From an uncultured virus (IMG/VR IMGVR_UViG_3300020219_000015) (taxonomy: Duplodnaviria; Heunggongvirae; Uroviricota; Caudoviricetes), in the IMG/VR virus record IMGVR_UViG_3300020219_000015: a stretch of DNA of 64,000 nucleotides. One strand, written 5' to 3'. The position numbers were made by a program, and so were the translations under genes. Under the pieces are notes generated by a model. The model saw nothing but the letters and a program-made list of their open reading frames with translations, was not told the origin of the DNA and made no database searches. This document shows, in pieces, positions 60,542 to 64,000 of this stretch (positions are counted from its first letter, which is position 1; every line of letters begins with the position of its first letter).

Positions 60542-60955
60542 TTATATAGATATGTCTTTTGTATACAAAGTTTCTATATCTACATTGACAATTATTCCAT
60601 TTAATACATCTAATAAAGCTAATTCATTTTCTACTCTCTCAATTGATGTTGCAAAATATGGAGTATCATAGTCTACTAATTCCTCGTTTTGTTTCTTCCA
60701 TATTTTATCAAGAATATCCTGATTTTGTTTAGTATAAGTCATTACTCCTTTATCTGTTAATTTATAAGATTTGTCATCATTTAGTAATGCTAATTCATGT
60801 TGTTTATCAGAGAACGTATCTGTATATTCTTTTAATGCTTTCTCAAGTAAAACTTCTCCTTTTAAACAAGCATATCCAAAAGGAGATTTGTGATTTTTCC
60901 AAATTTGAGCATTAGCTTTTACTATTCTTAATTTTTCTACTGTAAATTGTGCCAT
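60542..60955 (-). CDS. Hypothetical protein (tail-fibre associated)
   Basis: 137 aa ORF downstream of the fibre gene. Confidence 0.65.
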   Translation of the reverse strand: MAQFTVEKLRIVKANAQIWKNHKSPFGYACLKGEVLLEKALKEYTDTFSDKQHELALLNDDKSYKLTDKGVMTYTKQNQDILDKIWKKQNEELVDYDTPYFATSIERVENELALLDVLNGIIVNVDIETLYTKDISI

Positions 60956-60993
60956 ATTAGTTTGATTTGTTGGTTTAAATTATACTTAATTAT

Positions 60994-61332
60994 TTAGATC
61001 TCAACTATTACATTTGTGCCTGGATTCTCTAATTTAAGTTTATCTGCTACTTTAAGATATATAGTATAAGGTAACCCTGCTGCTGCAGCTTCTTCTTGGG
61101 TTATGTCAACTGTTATACTTGCTAACTTTTCATTAATATTATTTATTGGCCATACTTGATCTTTATTAGATTCACAAGCAATAACATTGAGCCACCATTT
61201 TAAATCACAAGGAACAGTAAGTCCTCCTGTTTCAATATTATCATAAGCATGTTGAACAAGTGTACCATAGAGATTTGATACATTGGATCCTCCTATGGAA
61301 AGAGACATTTCTGATGTAATTTTTAAGTTCAT
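60994..61332 (-). CDS. Hypothetical protein (possible fibre chaperone)
   Basis: 112 aa ORF directly downstream of the fibre gene. Confidence 0.62.
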   Translation of the reverse strand: MNLKITSEMSLSIGGSNVSNLYGTLVQHAYDNIETGGLTVPCDLKWWLNVIACESNKDQVWPINNINEKLASITVDITQEEAAAAGLPYTIYLKVADKLKLENPGTNVIVEI

Positions 61333-61366
61333 TTTTATATTTTAAGTTAGACTTCTATATTCAAAA

Positions 61367-63910
61367 TTAAGCTTTCATACCTACTACATAATCTGCATTT
61401 GTAAGAATATTAGCAGCAGTATCTTTATATAATTCACCTGCAGAACGTCCTGCATTTCCTACTTGAAGTACTGGTGCTATTGCTCCATTACCTTTTATTT
61501 CAATCCTAGTTATTAAAGCATTTGCTGTTGAACCTGCTCCTCCTGCACTAGAAGTTTGAAGAAGTATACTTCCACTTGCAACGTTTCCTGTAGATTGTCC
61601 AGATGCTATAATAAAATTAGTTGTAGTGTGATTTGATGCTGGAGTTAATCCTATCGTATTGGTTGATGGTATAGCAGATGTACCTTGTAGTTTTGTATCA
61701 AACATATCTGTATTTCCAGCCCATCTTCCTGTTCCAAAATAAAAGTTCTTTAGAATATATCCACTTGCTCCAATAATAGCTTCATAATCTTCAGAGTTTT
61801 GTGCATTTGTTCCATATCCTATACAAAGGATTTCACGTAATGATAATACTGGTGAAGGAGATGTATTTCCACCTAAGCTTATACTTTTAGATGGATTATC
61901 CAAACTTTGTCCAGCAGCAAAACCAATTGCTATGTTACTTGAGCCAGTTGAAACTGTCGGCAATACATAATCTCCAATACCAATATTATTAGTACCTGTT
62001 GACAATGTAAAAAGAACCCTTGTTCCAAAAGCAGCATTTTGACTACCTTCTGTTATAGCAGATAGTGTTCCTTTACCAAATGCACTATTATTTGTTCCTG
62101 ATGTTATATTTGTATTTCCAGATAAATAACCACAAAAAAGATTACTTGTCGTAGTTAATCCATTAGACCATAATACTCTATTATCTGCAATCCAATAACC
62201 TAATCTTGAATTTACTGCTCCATCATCTCTTACATAGAAATTGATATTATTAGAAGCATCTAATATTTTTAGTCCATAAGTAGTTAATGTAGAACCAAGA
62301 CCTTTTACTCCAAACATTGCATCTATATCTGTACTACTACTAACTCCTATAAGGAGTCCTGTACCATTATTGATAAGACTTCTTGCACCATTAGCCTGAA
62401 AAGCATGGGTAATAGTTCCACCATTTGATCCATACATAAACATGAATGCATCATTTGATCCATTGGCTTGTAATTTAAATAAATCAAATCCACCTTGAGT
62501 TATACTAACAGCAGAATTACCTGTTGCACCTATATAAAGAGGAAATCCACCAAGTGTATTAACATCAAATCCAATACCAACAGATCCATATGTATTTGCT
62601 GTTAATGGACCAAAGAAAGAACCTTCAACTTTAAGTATATTATCACCTACTGTTACTCCTGAATAACCAACATTCAATTTTGCAGAAGCTAAAGTAGCAC
62701 CTTTACCAATAGATAGCCCAGATGTGCTTAAATTCATCCATGCTGTTCCTGTACCTGCATCACCAGTATTTGTATATCCCCAAGCAAAACTTCTTGCTGA
62801 ATTTTGATCTACATAATTATCAAATGAGTTGGCAGCAAAAATATCTAAACCAGTTCCCCACCAAACTCCTCCAGCATTATATGAAAAGATGCTGCCAGTT
62901 AGTGAACCTCTTAATATATTTCTATCAATATAAATAGCTGCATTATTGGCAGTATTCCTTACTCCTATGTTTGCTCCAAAATTAACCTCAAAATCTCCAG
63001 AAGAATTCTTTCCCACCATAAATATACCTTGACCAGATCCTCCTGCAATATTGGTTACTCTTAAAGAAGCTGTATTATCAATATTATTTAATATATCAAA
63101 TTGAGCTAGTGGATTAGTTATATTTATTCCTGTATATCCGGAACCTAATATATTTACTCTAGCTGTATTATTAGTTAATATAGAAAGATTAAAGTTATCT
63201 GTAAGTCCTAGTGTAGCATTACCTCCAAAAGCATTACCCCCATTTATATATCCAGTTGTTGGAGTAATATAAGTAGGAGTAAAATATTCTAAAGCAGTAG
63301 CTCCTGCATTTACTCTTAGTAAATCATTTGCTAATCCTAAAGTACTTAATCCTGTTCCTCCGTTAGCAAATGGAAGAATTCCTGATACATGGGTTGTTAA
63401 TCCTATTTTTCCCCATAAAGGCAATGTACCTACTCCTCCTGATATTAGGGCATTACCTATAGCTATATCAGGTATTTTACTAAGAGTAGTAGTTGTATCA
63501 GCTGCTAGTATATCTCCTATAGCATATATAGTCTGACCAGTTCCTCCAAAGGTGGCTCCTATAGGAATCCCTTGCCATGTACCAGTAGTTATTGTACCCA
63601 ATGTAGTAATACTAGTACTGCCTATAACTGCTGTAATAAAAGTCCAATTTCCAGCTAATACTCCGTTTGCTCTATATATAGCATCCGTATCTAACTGAAT
63701 TCCTATCTGACCTATAAAATCTGGAATAGAAGAAACTCTTGCTACTGCATCAGTAAAAACTTTATTACCTGGAGTTGATACAAAATTTGCTATATCCTGT
63801 AAAGTAGATCGTTTGGCTGTAGTTGTCCCAAAAGGGACTATAGGAAAAATATCTCCTCCTGAAAGAGGAGGAGCTGGATCAAATTGGTCTACTCTTTTAT
63901 TTATTGCCAT
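61367..63910 (-). CDS. Tail fibre / receptor-binding protein (847 aa)
   Basis: G/T/N/S-rich; GGTG repeats, GYTGINITNP, and adhesin-like NxAFG/NIAIG repeats. Confidence 0.82.
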   Translation of the reverse strand: MAINKRVDQFDPAPPLSGGDIFPIVPFGTTTAKRSTLQDIANFVSTPGNKVFTDAVARVSSIPDFIGQIGIQLDTDAIYRANGVLAGNWTFITAVIGSTSITTLGTITTGTWQGIPIGATFGGTGQTIYAIGDILAADTTTTLSKIPDIAIGNALISGGVGTLPLWGKIGLTTHVSGILPFANGGTGLSTLGLANDLLRVNAGATALEYFTPTYITPTTGYINGGNAFGGNATLGLTDNFNLSILTNNTARVNILGSGYTGINITNPLAQFDILNNIDNTASLRVTNIAGGSGQGIFMVGKNSSGDFEVNFGANIGVRNTANNAAIYIDRNILRGSLTGSIFSYNAGGVWWGTGLDIFAANSFDNYVDQNSARSFAWGYTNTGDAGTGTAWMNLSTSGLSIGKGATLASAKLNVGYSGVTVGDNILKVEGSFFGPLTANTYGSVGIGFDVNTLGGFPLYIGATGNSAVSITQGGFDLFKLQANGSNDAFMFMYGSNGGTITHAFQANGARSLINNGTGLLIGVSSSTDIDAMFGVKGLGSTLTTYGLKILDASNNINFYVRDDGAVNSRLGYWIADNRVLWSNGLTTTSNLFCGYLSGNTNITSGTNNSAFGKGTLSAITEGSQNAAFGTRVLFTLSTGTNNIGIGDYVLPTVSTGSSNIAIGFAAGQSLDNPSKSISLGGNTSPSPVLSLREILCIGYGTNAQNSEDYEAIIGASGYILKNFYFGTGRWAGNTDMFDTKLQGTSAIPSTNTIGLTPASNHTTTNFIIASGQSTGNVASGSILLQTSSAGGAGSTANALITRIEIKGNGAIAPVLQVGNAGRSAGELYKDTAANILTNADYVVGMKA

Positions 63911-63912
63911 GA

Positions 63913-64000
63913 TTATACAGGAATTATTTTATATTTTAAATAAATTAATATATCACTATTTCCTGCTGTAGGATTTCCAGTAAAGACATATGCTTGAACT
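63913..64000 (-). CDS. Partial gene (3' end)
   Basis: ...VQAYVFTGNPTAGNSDILIYLKYKIIPV*, open to the window edge. Confidence 0.6.
   Translation of the reverse strand, partial: VQAYVFTGNPTAGNSDILIYLKYKIIPV

Noticed and set aside
1165..62937. Short shadow ORFs in the track (1165, 2746, 3109, 11773, 17125, 18015, 20887, 25773, 25900, 31219, 33253, 36112, 39795, 41254, 44695, 45485, 50493, 50906, 50979, 57509, 58243, 62722)
   Set aside because: They overlap longer, better-supported genes on the opposite strand or in another frame, and carry no recognisable motifs.
61367..63910. Tail fibre as a remote DGR target
   Set aside because: I found no segment resembling the TR in this gene.
1..64000. 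Stop-codon reassignment, known in some crAss-like phages
   Set aside because: Giant ORFs are intact in the standard code and genes end in TAA, TAG and TGA. The two split genes are explained by introns.
1..64000. tRNA or rRNA genes, integrase, transposase, capsid, portal, terminase
   Set aside because: None recognised by eye. Head and packaging genes probably lie outside the window.

Overview
This is a 64 kb AT-rich piece of a lytic dsDNA phage genome with crAss-like (Crassvirales-type) organisation, probably infecting a Bacteroidetes host, and it reads in the standard genetic code. The + strand (1-23.7 kb) holds early and replication genes: Ung, a DnaA domain IV protein, a DnaB-like helicase, primase, a RuvC-like resolvase, a vWA/MoxR module, a PD-(D/E)XK nuclease and PolB. 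The - strand (23.7-64 kb) holds virion genes: three giant ejection proteins (one a DFDID virion RNA polymerase), cargo proteins, tail and ring proteins, and a tail fibre. Highlights: (1) a diversity-generating retroelement (DGR) cassette with two tandem target genes and a template repeat, but no reverse transcriptase at the usual position or anywhere in the window; (2) the DGR target shares an N-terminal motif with three proteins of the vWA-MoxR operon; (3) two group I introns with definable splice sites, in the MoxR ATPase and in PolB; (4) the three giant ejection proteins carry cysteines only at their adjoining termini, which suggests head-to-tail disulfide chaining; (5) CG dinucleotides are depleted except inside CCGG; (6) a zinc-finger gene is frameshifted at a (TA)5 tract. 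All alignments and counts were done by eye and no database searches were run.
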